Positions 43,905 through 53,876 are shown, counted from the stretch's first letter. The stretch: 64,000 nt of DNA from an uncultured Acidobacteriota bacterium (GCA_963822445.1 CAWGHO010000002.1:928001-992000); one strand, 5' to 3'. Notes: generated by a model from the sequence alone, not told the origin. Numbers and translations are program-made.

Positions 43905-44963
43905 GTGCGATCCGTAATTACCGGCAGCGGCATCGGCGTTCCGAAAAACATCGTCAAGAACGACGCGCTCACGCGGCTCATGGACACGAGCGATGAGTGG
44001 ATCCGCACCCGCAGCGGCGTCGAGCAACGCCACTACGTCGACACCGGCCAGGGCTCATCCGACCTCGGCGTGATGGCCGCGCAGAAGGCGCTAGCGGCCG
44101 CGGGTAAGACTGCGCAGGACATCGACGCGATCGTCTTCGCCACCATGACGCCCGACTTTTACTTCCCCGGCAACGGCCCGCTGATGCAGGCCAAGATGGG
44201 CTTTCCCGAGACCATCCCCACGTTCGACATCCGCCAGCAGTGCTCAGGCTTTCTGTACGGGCTGGACATGGCCGACTCGCTGATCCGCAGCGGTAAGTAC
44301 GCGCGGATTCTCCTCGTTGGCGCCGACGTCCACACGCCGCTGATGCCCTGGCGGCGGGGCTGGGACCAGACGGTGAGCGGCGAGCCGCATGACGTGTCGC
44401 CGGAGGATTACGAATTCAACACGCGCTACCGCGACCGCATCGTGCTGTTCGGCGATGGCGCGGGCGCGGTGGTCGTGGAAGGGCGCGATGACGACGGCAA
44501 GGGGCTGATCGCGACGAAGCTCTTCACGAACGGCTCGAACATCGAAGCGCTGTACATGCGCAGCGGCTCGAGTCAGCGGCCGTGGGTGACGCCTGAGCAG
44601 ATCGTTTCCGGCGACATCATTCCGGACATGCAGGGCCGCGAAGTTTTCAAGCAGGCGGTTTCGAAGATGCCCGAGGCGGTGCGGGCGGTTTGTGAAGGCG
44701 CGGGAATGAGCGTGGAAGACATCGACGTGCTGCTGATTCATCAGGCCAACCTGCGCATCGTCGAAGCGGTGGCCAAGCAGCTTTCATTGCCGCCCGAAAA
44801 AGTGCCGCACAACATCGAGCGCTACGGAAACACCACCGCCGGCACCCTGCCCATTCTCTTTCACGAGTGCCTGGAAAACGGGACGATCAAGCCGGGGATG
44901 CTGGTTTGCTTCACGGCGCTCGGAAGCGGACTGCATTGGGGAGCGGCGCTTTACAGGACGTAG
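43905..44963 (+). CDS. fabH: Beta-ketoacyl-ACP synthase III
   Basis: DTSDEWI..RSG, QCSGF, FGDGAGA, HQANLRI, YGNT. Confidence 0.92.
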   Translation: MRSVITGSGIGVPKNIVKNDALTRLMDTSDEWIRTRSGVEQRHYVDTGQGSSDLGVMAAQKALAAAGKTAQDIDAIVFATMTPDFYFPGNGPLMQAKMGFPETIPTFDIRQQCSGFLYGLDMADSLIRSGKYARILLVGADVHTPLMPWRRGWDQTVSGEPHDVSPEDYEFNTRYRDRIVLFGDGAGAVVVEGRDDDGKGLIATKLFTNGSNIEALYMRSGSSQRPWVTPEQIVSGDIIPDMQGREVFKQAVSKMPEAVRAVCEGAGMSVEDIDVLLIHQANLRIVEAVAKQLSLPPEKVPHNIERYGNTTAGTLPILFHECLENGTIKPGMLVCFTALGSGLHWGAALYRT

Positions 44964-45061
44964 AAGGCTCAAAGGCTCAACGGCTCAAGGGCTCAAAGTA
45001 GACTGCGCAATGACTTCACTTTGAGCCTTTGAGCCTTTGAGCCTTTGAGCCTATGAGCCTT
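44964..45061. repeat. Inverted tandem-repeat element, unit AGGCTCAA; last unit contains the downstream ATG
   Basis: aaggctca-aaggctca-acggctca-agggctca ... (tttgagcc)x4-tatgagcc. Confidence 0.92.
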
Positions 45062-46988
45062 CGAACGATCATCGCTGCTCTCGCCTTCACACTTCCCGCG
45101 ATCGCGGCCGACACCCTCCCGTTTCTGACGGACAAGGAAATCTCCGCCTTCGCCGGCGAGATCTCCGGCGAGTCGGCGATGCGCACGCTGGAGGGATTCT
45201 CGCGGCATCACCGCATGCGCGGGTCGCGCGGGTTTCGCGCGGCAGCGGACCAGATCGTCGCGGACCTCGAGCGCTTCGGCTTTGAGGACGCGCACATCGA
45301 GTCATTGCCGGCTGACGGAACGATCTTCTACGGAACGCAGCGCTCGCGGCCTGCGTGGAACGCCGAATTTGCAGAACTCTGGGAGCTCGACAAGGATGGC
45401 GCGCGCGTGAATCGCATCGCCAGCTGGGAGGCCGCGCCGATCACGCTCGCGCAGGACAGCGAGAGCGCGGATGTCACGGCGGAGCTAATCGACGTCGGCG
45501 CGGGCACCGCGGAGACGCATTACGCGGGCAAAGACGTGAAGGGAAAGATCGTCCTCACCTCCTCACAACCGGGCCAGGTCGCGCCCATGGCCGTGGTCAA
45601 GCTTGGCGCGGCGGGAATCGTCAGCTATGCGCAGAACCAGCGCACGGCCTGGTTCGGCGAGAACGAAAACCTCATCCGCTGGGGTCATCTCGAAACCTTC
45701 ACCGATTACAAGACCTTCGGCTTCATGGTCTCGCTGCAAGACTGCCCGCGCGCTGCAGCAGAGGCTCGCGCGCGGCGAATCCGTCCGTTTGCACGCGGTC
45801 GTTCGCGCGGGGCAGCAGAAGGGGTCGTACGACCTGGCCACGGCGACGATCCGAGGGAGCGAGCTGCCCGACGAAGAGATCGTCTTCAGTTGCCATCTCG
45901 ATCATCCACGGCCGGGCGCGAACGACAACGCCAGCGGCTGCGCGACGATCCTCGAAGTCGCTCGCACGCTTTCGAAGCTGATCAAGGAAGAACGCCTGGC
46001 GCGGCCGCGGCGAACGATCCGTTTCGTCTGGCCTCCGGAGATCGAAGGCACGCTCGCGTTGTTGAACGGCCGGCCGGAGATCGCGGCGAAGATCAAGGCC
46101 GCCATTCATCTGGACATGGTCGGCGGCGGTCCGGAAACGAAGGCGATCTTTCACGTGACGCGCGGCCCGGCGTCGCAACCGTCGTTCGTCCACGACGTCG
46201 CGGCGACGGTGGGCATGTTCGTGAACGAGCAGACCGCCGAGTACGCGATGACGGGAACCGCGCGCTGGCCGCTGGTCGCGCCGACGGGAGGGAAGGAGCC
46301 GCTACGTGCCGCGCTGGTGCCGCTGACGCTCGGCAGCGACCATCAGGTCTACGGCGACAGCTCGTTCGGCATCCCCGCCATCTATCTGAACGACTGGCCG
46401 GACCGCTACATCCACACGAACTTCGATCTCCCCGCGCACATCGATCCGACGAAGCTCGGTCGCGCGGCGTTCATCGCCGGCGTGAGCGGCTATGTCCTCT
46501 CACGCATCAACAAGTCGGATGTGCCGGCGCTCAACGACATGCTCGACGCCTTCGCGCTGGAGCGCCGCGCGGCGGCGATGCGCCGCAAGGACCCGGCCGT
46601 TCTGAAATTCGCGGAGTGGTACGAGGGCGAAGCCAAGGCGTCGCTCCATCGTTTTCTGGGCGCGACCGTGCCCGTGTCCGCGCTCAAGCCGGGCACTTAC
46701 ATACGCAACCACAAAATCAAAGGCCCGATGTCCGCCTTCGGCTACGACTACTTCACCGCGCACTACAAAGGTCCGGCGATCAAGCTCCGCGGCGACTCTC
46801 AGTTCGAAGCGCTGAACCTGGTGAACGGGCAACGGACCGCCAAGGAGATTCGCGACGCACTGTCGGCGATCTACGCGCCGGTGCCGCTCGAGGACGTCGT
46901 GCAGTACCTCGAGGCGCTCGCGTCGATCGGCGTCATTCTTCCTTCAGATAGCGCTCCATCAGCGTCGCGTTCTCGTTCATCGCCCTGA
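45053..46988 (+). CDS. Exported M28-family aminopeptidase with PA domain (DUF4910-like); apparent +1 frameshift at about 45737
   Basis: Signal peptide; CHLDH..GANDNASG, PEIEG, LDMVG, GSDH, IHT. Confidence 0.85.
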
Positions 46989-47388
46989 TCTGAATCACGT
47001 ACGCGCGCGCGAACATCAGCACGGAGACCACGGTGAACGCGTCGTGCAGCCAGCGCGGGGTCTTGCCGCTGCCGACGCCGCCACCGGTGATGAACGTGAC
47101 CATGATCGCGGTCATGGCCCACATCGCCGCGGGAAAGACTTTGCTCTTGAAGGACTTCGTCTGCTGCACGACCCCCTCGTCGTTTCGCGACTTCTCTTTC
47201 AGCTCTTTCCCCGTGCCGATGAAGAAGAACATGGTCATCGACTGCGAGAACAGCGCGACCACGACCGTGACGATGGCCACGATGATGTGATCCGCCGCGC
47301 GCGCCGGCGAGGCCTGGAACCCGAAGATGCTCGTGGCGATCAGTCCGGCGATGCTGAGAAGAGTGGTGATGAGGAGGAATTGGGCCAT
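46933..47388 (-). CDS. Hypothetical four-TM membrane protein
   Basis: Hydrophobic helices, FFFIGTGK; TAGAAT 7 nt before ATG. Confidence 0.75.
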   Translation of the reverse strand: MAQFLLITTLLSIAGLIATSIFGFQASPARAADHIIVAIVTVVVALFSQSMTMFFFIGTGKELKEKSRNDEGVVQQTKSFKSKVFPAAMWAMTAIMVTFITGGGVGSGKTPRWLHDAFTVVSVLMFARAYVIQIRAMNENATLMERYLKEE

Positions 47389-47400
47389 TGGACGCATTCT

Positions 47401-47482
47401 AGTGGGCAGCGGGCAGTGGACAGCGGGCAGGAGAAAAACCGGGCGGGCGTGCCTGCCCACTGCCTACTGCCCACTGCCCACT
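47401..47482. repeat. Inverted tandem-repeat element, unit AGTGGGC (7-mer)
   Basis: agtgggc-agcgggc-agtggac-agcgggc ... gcccact-gcctact-gcccact-gcccact. Confidence 0.9.
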
Positions 47483-47504
47483 GACCCTGTTATGCTCCGC
47501 CGCC

Positions 47505-48581
47505 GTGCCGGACAACCCTGCCGAAAAGACCACGTACCGCGACTCCGGCGTCAACATCGACGCGCAGGATGACGCCCTGCGCGAAGTGCGGCGGATCGCG
47601 CGCGATACCTACACGCCGGGCGTGCTCTCGGACATCGGCAGTTTCGGCGGTCTCTTTCGCGGCACCTTCGAGGGAATCGAGTCGCCGATCCTCGTTTCCT
47701 CCACCGACGGCGTGGGCACGAAGCTGCGCGTGGCGCAGGCGATGAAGATTCACGACACGGTCGGCTACGACCTGGTCTCGCACTGCGTGAACGACATCCT
47801 CGTGCAGGGCGCGCGTCCGCTGTTCTTCATGGACTACTACGCGACCGGCAAACTGCGCCCGCCGGTGATGACCGATGTGATCCGAGGCATGGCCCGCGCC
47901 TGCAAGGAGAACGGCTGCGCGCTGATCGGCGGCGAGACCGCGGAGATGCCCGGCTTCTACTCCGACGAGGACTACGACGTGGCCGGCTTCATCCTCGGCG
48001 TGGTCGACGCGAAGAACCTCATCGACGGCAAAGCCGTCCGCGAGGGGGACATCCTCGTCGGCCTCCCTTCCGTCGGCCTGCACACGAACGGCTACTCCCT
48101 GGCCCGCAAAGTCCTGTTCGAAAAGCTCGGCTACGACCATCAATCGATCATCCCCGAGCTGGGCAAGGCCGGCGAGGTCCTGCTGCAGCCGCACATCTCG
48201 TATCTGAAACCGCTGCTACCGCTCGTCGAGGAGCACGCCATTCACGCGATGGCGCACATCACCGGAGGCGGCCTCACCGACAACGTTCCGCGCGTGCTGC
48301 CGGAGACGCTGGACGCGCGCATCAAGCTCGGCTCCTGGCCCGTGCTGCCGGTGTTCCGCTTCATCTTCGAGAAGGGCAACGTCGAGTCCGAGGAAATGCT
48401 CCGCGTCTTCAACATGGGCATCGGCATGGTCCTGATCCTCGGCCCGAACGAAGTCGATCGCGTGTCCAAGCACTTGGGGCAGATCGGCCAGAAGTTCTAC
48501 TTCATCGGCAACGTGGTGAAGGGCTCCGGCAAAGTCGTTTACGACACGCCTCCGGCCGGCTTCGCCAGCTGGATCGAGTAG
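47505..48581 (+). CDS. purM: Phosphoribosylformylglycinamidine cyclo-ligase
   Basis: TDGVGTK, GGETAEMPG, GLHTNGYSL, AHITGGG, FNMGIG. Confidence 0.97.
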   Translation: MPDNPAEKTTYRDSGVNIDAQDDALREVRRIARDTYTPGVLSDIGSFGGLFRGTFEGIESPILVSSTDGVGTKLRVAQAMKIHDTVGYDLVSHCVNDILVQGARPLFFMDYYATGKLRPPVMTDVIRGMARACKENGCALIGGETAEMPGFYSDEDYDVAGFILGVVDAKNLIDGKAVREGDILVGLPSVGLHTNGYSLARKVLFEKLGYDHQSIIPELGKAGEVLLQPHISYLKPLLPLVEEHAIHAMAHITGGGLTDNVPRVLPETLDARIKLGSWPVLPVFRFIFEKGNVESEEMLRVFNMGIGMVLILGPNEVDRVSKHLGQIGQKFYFIGNVVKGSGKVVYDTPPAGFASWIE

Positions 48582-49147
48582 TGCGCCTGGCGCTCCTCCT
48601 CTCCGGCCGCGGATCGAACTTCCAGGCGATTCACGAAGCCATTCAGCGCGGAGAGCTCGACGCGGAGATCGTCTGCGTGATCTCCAACCGTCCCGACGCG
48701 CCGGGAATCGCGCGAGCGCGCGAGTACGGTTACGACGCGCACGTCATCGATCACAAAAAGTTCGCGACGCGCGCCGCGCATGAAGAGGAAGTGCTGCGTG
48801 TGCTCGAGAAGGCCGCGCCCGACTACATCGTGCTCGCCGGCTACATGCGCCTCTTGTCAGCCGCGTTCGTCGAACGATGGCGCGATCGCATCCTGAACAT
48901 TCACCCCTCGCTCCTGCCGGCGTTCCCCGGCGTCGACGCGCAGGCTCAGGCGATCGCGCACGGCGCGAAGGTGTCGGGATGTACGGTCCACTTCGTCGAC
49001 GAGAACCTCGACGCGGGGCCGATCATCCTGCAGCGAACGGTGCCGGTGCTGGAGGGAGACACACCCGAGACGCTGAGCGCGCGGATCCTCGAACAGGAGC
49101 ACATCGCGTACGTCGAGGCGTTGAAGAAGCTAAAACGGCCAGAGTGA
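48581..49147 (+). CDS. purN: Phosphoribosylglycinamide formyltransferase
   Basis: SGRGSNF, LAGYMR, NIHPSLLP, GCTVHFV. Confidence 0.97.
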   Translation: MRLALLLSGRGSNFQAIHEAIQRGELDAEIVCVISNRPDAPGIARAREYGYDAHVIDHKKFATRAAHEEEVLRVLEKAAPDYIVLAGYMRLLSAAFVERWRDRILNIHPSLLPAFPGVDAQAQAIAHGAKVSGCTVHFVDENLDAGPIILQRTVPVLEGDTPETLSARILEQEHIAYVEALKKLKRPE

Positions 49148-50311
49148 CTTCAGGAACGACTGCTTCGGCACGTCCGCCGCGGCAACGGCCGGAATCGTGG
49201 CAATGGTCTCGTTGCCGCTCTTCACCACGATGTCGCCGAGCTTCTGCCCCTTCTTCACGGGCGCAGTGACAGTGCCGCCGGTGAAGTTGATCTGGACGTT
49301 GCGCTCCTGGCCACGCTTCACGAGCGCCTTGGCGTCCGCGCCTGCAACGACCTTCACCGTCTCGACCGCGCCGTCGGTCACCGTCGCCTGCCCGACTTCC
49401 GTTCCCGCTTTCGCCGGAACGACCATGCGGTAGTTGATGAAGGCTTCGTTCATCAGCCGTGCGGCATTGGCGAACGATCCGTTCGGACCGCCGCCGGTCT
49501 TAGCACCCATGACCACGGCGATCACTTCCATGTCATTGCGTTTCGCGGATGCGGTGACGCAGTAACCAGCCTTCGCGGTGTACCCGGTCTTGATGCCGGT
49601 CGCGTCATCCATGAAGTTCGCCTTGCGCGGATTGACGAGGTGATTGGGGTTGTAGATGCGCTCGAGCGTCCCGTTGCGGAAGGGCATTTCCGAGACCACA
49701 CCGAGCTGCTGCATGAAGGGGTACTTCATGAGCTCCATGCCCAGGATGGCCAGGTCGTGCGGGCACATGGAGTCGACCATCTCCGGATTGTCGGGATTCG
49801 GCAGGCCGTGCGGATCGTAGAACTTCGAATGGGTGAGACCGAGCTCCTGCGCGCGCTGGTTCATCAGGTCGGCGAAGTTCTCCGAGGAGCCGGCGATCTT
49901 CTCGGCGAGCGCCTGCGCGGCGTCGTTCGCCGACTGCACTTTCGTGGCGATGATCAGATTCTTCACCGGCCACACGGAACCGGCCCGCAGGTAGATCTGC
50001 GATCCGCCCATCTTGCTGGCGCGAGCGGAGATCGTGACCGGCGTGTCGGATTTGAGCCGGCCGTCGCGGATTTCTTCCATGGTGATGAGCAGCGTCATCA
50101 TCTTGGCCATCGACGCGGTGGGAAGCGACATGTGCTCGTTCGCGGCGAACAGCACCCGCCGCGTGGTCGGCTCGATCACGTACGCGGCGGTGTAGCCCTT
50201 ACCGGTCGTGTCGACGGCGGCGCCCTGCGCCTGGCCGGGCCCCTCCTCCTGCTGCGCGGCAACGGGCAACGCGACGGCGAGGATGAGCAAAGCGATTTTC
50301 CAAAGCTTCAT
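49130..50311 (-). CDS. dacA: D-alanyl-D-alanine carboxypeptidase (PBP5 family)
   Basis: SMAK, SAN, KTG motifs; signal peptide. Confidence 0.92.
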   Translation of the reverse strand: MKLWKIALLILAVALPVAAQQEEGPGQAQGAAVDTTGKGYTAAYVIEPTTRRVLFAANEHMSLPTASMAKMMTLLITMEEIRDGRLKSDTPVTISARASKMGGSQIYLRAGSVWPVKNLIIATKVQSANDAAQALAEKIAGSSENFADLMNQRAQELGLTHSKFYDPHGLPNPDNPEMVDSMCPHDLAILGMELMKYPFMQQLGVVSEMPFRNGTLERIYNPNHLVNPRKANFMDDATGIKTGYTAKAGYCVTASAKRNDMEVIAVVMGAKTGGGPNGSFANAARLMNEAFINYRMVVPAKAGTEVGQATVTDGAVETVKVVAGADAKALVKRGQERNVQINFTGGTVTAPVKKGQKLGDIVVKSGNETIATIPAVAAADVPKQSFLKSLWPF

Positions 50312-50365
50312 CGAGAACACTCCAATTCGTGTTTGTGTGCTGACCGCCAGGCTGCAAGCAGCGTG

Positions 50366-50659
50366 CTACTCGGCCGCGGCGCGGCGCTTCTTCGGCGTGC
50401 GCGTGGTTCGCGGGATGGAACTGATGACCGTCCAGTCGTGCTTGTGGACCGTCACCGGCTCCTTGGCCTTGGGCCAGAGGTCGATGGGGATGTAGTAGTA
50501 ACCGTCGCCGAGGACGCGCGATTTGATGGCGAGGTCGCGCATGCTCTTGCAGAGACCCTTCTTGCCGCGAATCGCGCTTCGCTCCACCACCACCCCGGTC
50601 GACTCGCCAATTCCTTGAAAGACACTGATCTCTGCGCAGAGAGAATTCACCAACGTCAT
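50366..50659 (-). CDS. Small basic hypothetical protein
   Basis: 97-aa ORF with a purine-rich SD-like sequence; no motif recognised. Confidence 0.55.
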   Translation of the reverse strand: MTLVNSLCAEISVFQGIGESTGVVVERSAIRGKKGLCKSMRDLAIKSRVLGDGYYYIPIDLWPKAKEPVTVHKHDWTVISSIPRTTRTPKKRRAAAE

Positions 50660-50829
50660 TGCAGCCCTTCCATCGTGCGAACAGAGAAATGCACTCACGG
50701 CTGGGTTAGCAAGAAGCGGTCCTGTTCGCTAAGTCGAAGCGAACGGAGGAGTTAGGTCTTGCGAAGGTGGTTGATGAAGCGACGCTCGAGCCCGAGCCTT
50801 TGGCAACAAGCGCTGCCGGCCGTGCCGGC

Positions 50830-51414
50830 TCAGCTCCTCAGCTCGACGTTCCAATAGGCCTCGTCGAGGAAGTTCTTCCAGATCTCGGGATAGGCCCGTC
50901 CCTGCAGCCGGTGCAGCGGATGCCACTTCGGCCGGTGCGGCTGGCGGATCAGGCGGGTCTCGCATTCCGAGAGCAGCTTGTTCCCCTTGCGCACGTTGCA
51001 GGGCAGGCAGGCGCAGACGACGTTCTCCCAAGTCGACTTGCCGCCGCGCGAGATCGGAATGACGTGATCGAGCGAGAGCTCCGAGGAGGGGAACTTCTTC
51101 CCGCAGTACTGGCAGCGGTTGTGGTCGCGCAGATAGATGTTGCCGCGCGAGAACTTAACTTCCTGACGCGGGAGCTTGTCGAAAACGAGGAGCTGCACGA
51201 CATGCGGAATGAGGATGTTCCGGCTGGGAGTGACGACGTAGTGATCGGTGGGCTGAACCGGAATGTCCTTCCAGTTGTCGAAATCGTAGGTTCGATAGCC
51301 CTCGTCGACCGCGCGAACCTGTCCCTTGTACAGGAGCGTCAGCGCGCGGCGCACCGACGTGATCTGCACAGCCTGGAACACGCGGTTCAACACCAGGACA
51401 TGGCCGTCGAGCAT
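50830..51414 (-). CDS. HNH endonuclease (McrA/COG1403 type)
   Basis: VLVLN..; RD..RCQYCG..DHVIP.SRGG.STWENVVCAC..CN..KG. Confidence 0.92.
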   Translation of the reverse strand: MLDGHVLVLNRVFQAVQITSVRRALTLLYKGQVRAVDEGYRTYDFDNWKDIPVQPTDHYVVTPSRNILIPHVVQLLVFDKLPRQEVKFSRGNIYLRDHNRCQYCGKKFPSSELSLDHVIPISRGGKSTWENVVCACLPCNVRKGNKLLSECETRLIRQPHRPKWHPLHRLQGRAYPEIWKNFLDEAYWNVELRS

Positions 51415-51695
51415 GGCAAACTCACCGTTTTGAACAGGCAGAGCGGCCTTGGTGTTTCCGTCCGCAACCGGTCTGCTTGTGGTGAGGCTCATGATACACG
51501 ACCGAATAACCTCGCCCGGCCGCGCGGCAATATTGCCAAAACCCCCTGTTCTGCTACACACTTAGCCGCTGAACCGAACCAAACGGCTCTTTTTAGAGCG
51601 GGGCCGCGCCGCCGGGGGCGCGCGGTGACCGCGTATCGTGAGACGCTTCGCGCGGGGGACGCCGGCGCGTCACGGGTGTGTTTTTGGGAGGCTAT

Positions 51696-53198
51696 ATGCG
51701 CGTTTTGTCACGGATCGCTCTGGTTGCGGTACTCCTCATTTCCGCTTCATCGCTGACTGCCGACCATTTCCAGTCGGACTGTCCGCTGTCGCTCGTCGAC
51801 AGCACTCCGGCGGCGACGGACTTCGAGCTCTCGCCGCACGGAGTCTTCCGGAACGGCTCGACGGTATACGTGCTGCGAGGCAACGTCCTTGCCTCGTACA
51901 CGACCAACGACGTCGGCAACCTCGGCGTACCGCGTGAGGACTTCATCGCCTCGCTCGGCGCGCGCGAGACCAACGGCGGCGTCGCGTTCTCGGGGAACCA
52001 CCTCTTCATCAGCAGCGAGGCCGGTCTCGAGATCTACAACCTGACCAACACCCGGCCGGGTGGAACGGCGCCGGTGCTGGTGACCCGCGTCGCCGGCCTG
52101 CACTATCGTCGTCTCGCCGTGAACGGAAACCGTCTCGTCGGTCTCTATCCGGCGATGGACGTACCCTGCGCGCCGGACGCGATCGCCTGCCCGAACCAGT
52201 TCGACATTTTCGACATCACCAACGTCGCGTCGCCGATCTACTCATCCTCGATCCGCACTTCCACGAACATCTATCGCAACCAGATCGCGTTCAACGACAT
52301 CGCCTTCAACTCCGGCTACCTCATCACCGCTGCCGAAGGCGGACTGGGCGCGTGGGACGTCACGAACGCCGCGGCACCGAACCTGGTCTCGTTCAACCTC
52401 AACTTCCCCGGTACGTGGCTGGTCAGCAGCGCGGGCAATGTGGTCGGCATCGGCAACGAGCTGGTCATCGACATGTTCAACGTACGCCCGGGCATGAACC
52501 CGTTCTTCCAGCGTCGCGCTCTCGTCTCCGCGCCGATGTACCTGACCATCGATCGCGGCAACGCGATCCGCTTCCATCCGCGCGCCTTCTACGACGACGC
52601 GACCTCGCGTCTCGTGACGATGATCGAAGAGATCGATCCGATGACGCTCGAGCCCGCGCGCACGATCGCGTTCGACGTGTTCGATCTCGCCGTTCCCTTC
52701 TTCGAGGGCTCGGCGGAGCGGATCTACGAAGACGTGACCATGACCACCGACGACGAGGTGAAGTACAACCCGGTCGTCGTGGGACCGTACGTCTACGTCA
52801 TCGGCGAGAGCACGGGCCTGCAGACCTGGGGCGCATGCGGTCAGGTCAGCGGCCGGATCGAGCTGGAAAGCCCGTTCTTCCTGACCTGCAACGGCGCCGA
52901 GGTCCACGGCTGGGTGACCGGCGTGCAGAAGGTCATCAACGTCGAGCTGTTCCTCAACAACACCGCTCTCGGCTCCGCGCAGCTCGGCGGTCCGCCGCGC
53001 AACGACGTTTCCTCGAAGACGCCCGTCTCAACGTGGCGCATCAACGTGAACCTCGACAACACCGCGCGCGGCGAGTACACGCTCCGGGCAATCGCGACGG
53101 ACATCGTCGGGAACCGGCGCCAGTTCGCGAGCAAGCCGCTGTTCTTCCCGGGACCGGGACAGAACTGCACGACGCCGCGACGGCGCGCCGTGCGCTAA
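51696..53198 (+). CDS. Secreted beta-propeller-like protein with C-terminal Ig-like domain and RRRAVR tail
   Basis: Signal peptide MRVLSRIALVAVLLISASSLTA; LVIVD-like repeats (WDVTNAAAP); GEYTLRAIATD. Confidence 0.75.
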   Translation: MRVLSRIALVAVLLISASSLTADHFQSDCPLSLVDSTPAATDFELSPHGVFRNGSTVYVLRGNVLASYTTNDVGNLGVPREDFIASLGARETNGGVAFSGNHLFISSEAGLEIYNLTNTRPGGTAPVLVTRVAGLHYRRLAVNGNRLVGLYPAMDVPCAPDAIACPNQFDIFDITNVASPIYSSSIRTSTNIYRNQIAFNDIAFNSGYLITAAEGGLGAWDVTNAAAPNLVSFNLNFPGTWLVSSAGNVVGIGNELVIDMFNVRPGMNPFFQRRALVSAPMYLTIDRGNAIRFHPRAFYDDATSRLVTMIEEIDPMTLEPARTIAFDVFDLAVPFFEGSAERIYEDVTMTTDDEVKYNPVVVGPYVYVIGESTGLQTWGACGQVSGRIELESPFFLTCNGAEVHGWVTGVQKVINVELFLNNTALGSAQLGGPPRNDVSSKTPVSTWRINVNLDNTARGEYTLRAIATDIVGNRRQFASKPLFFPGPGQNCTTPRRRAVR

Positions 53199-53872
53199 CT
53201 CATTTCGTCAAGAATTCTCTGTGCGGCCGACCTAGCGTCGGCCGCACCTGTTATGGGGCGGCCCACGACAAGGTAGTCGGCACCCGCGCTGATCGCCTCG
53301 CGCGGCGTCATCGTGCGGCGCTGGTCGCCGGCATCGCTTCCGGCCGGACGAATGCCGGGAGTGAGGATGACGAAGTCGCTCCCGCACGCTTCGCGAATCG
53401 GCGCGATCTCCAGCGGCGACGCGACCACACCGCGAAGACCGGCGCCCCGCGATAACCGCGCAAGCCGCACCGCGTTCTCGACGGCATTGCCGCCGAAGCC
53501 GATCTGCAGAAGGTCTGCTTCTTCGAGGCTGGTGAGAATGGTTACGCCGAGGACGAGCACGGTGTCGTGGGCGCAGGCGCGAAGCATCGGTTCGCCGCCG
53601 GCGGCATGCACAGTCGCGATCGTTGCGCCGAGGCCGGCCGCTTCGGCGATTGCGCGTCCGGCGGTGTTGGGGATGTCATGAATCTTCAGGTCGAGAAAGA
53701 CCTTCTCCCCACGCCCGACGATCTCGCGCACGATCGACGGGCCGTTCGCGATGAAGGCCTGCAAGCCGATCTTGAAAACGCCCACCACGCCGTGAAGCGT
53801 GTCGACGAGGCGGAGAAGGTCGTCGCGCGAAGAGAGATCGGCGGCGACGACGAGACGGTCGCGGGCTTGCAT
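53195..53872 (-). CDS. pyrF: Orotidine-5'-phosphate decarboxylase
   Basis: FLDLKIHDIPNT, TPGIRP, DQRR, VVGRPIT. Confidence 0.97.
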   Translation of the reverse strand: MQARDRLVVAADLSSRDDLLRLVDTLHGVVGVFKIGLQAFIANGPSIVREIVGRGEKVFLDLKIHDIPNTAGRAIAEAAGLGATIATVHAAGGEPMLRACAHDTVLVLGVTILTSLEEADLLQIGFGGNAVENAVRLARLSRGAGLRGVVASPLEIAPIREACGSDFVILTPGIRPAGSDAGDQRRTMTPREAISAGADYLVVGRPITGAADARSAAQRILDEMS

Positions 53873-53876
53873 CACG

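Noticed and set aside
50830-51414. HNH gene as IscB/OMEGA, homing or defence nuclease
   Set aside because: No RuvC or PLMP motifs and no associated array, methylase or intron; it matches the common stand-alone COG1403 type.
53221-53247. 11-bp palindrome GTGCGGCCGAC-ctagc-GTCGGCCGCAC in the pyrF 3' end
   Set aside because: Encodes a normal-length PyrF C-terminus; single copy here; at most a terminator for the convergent gene.
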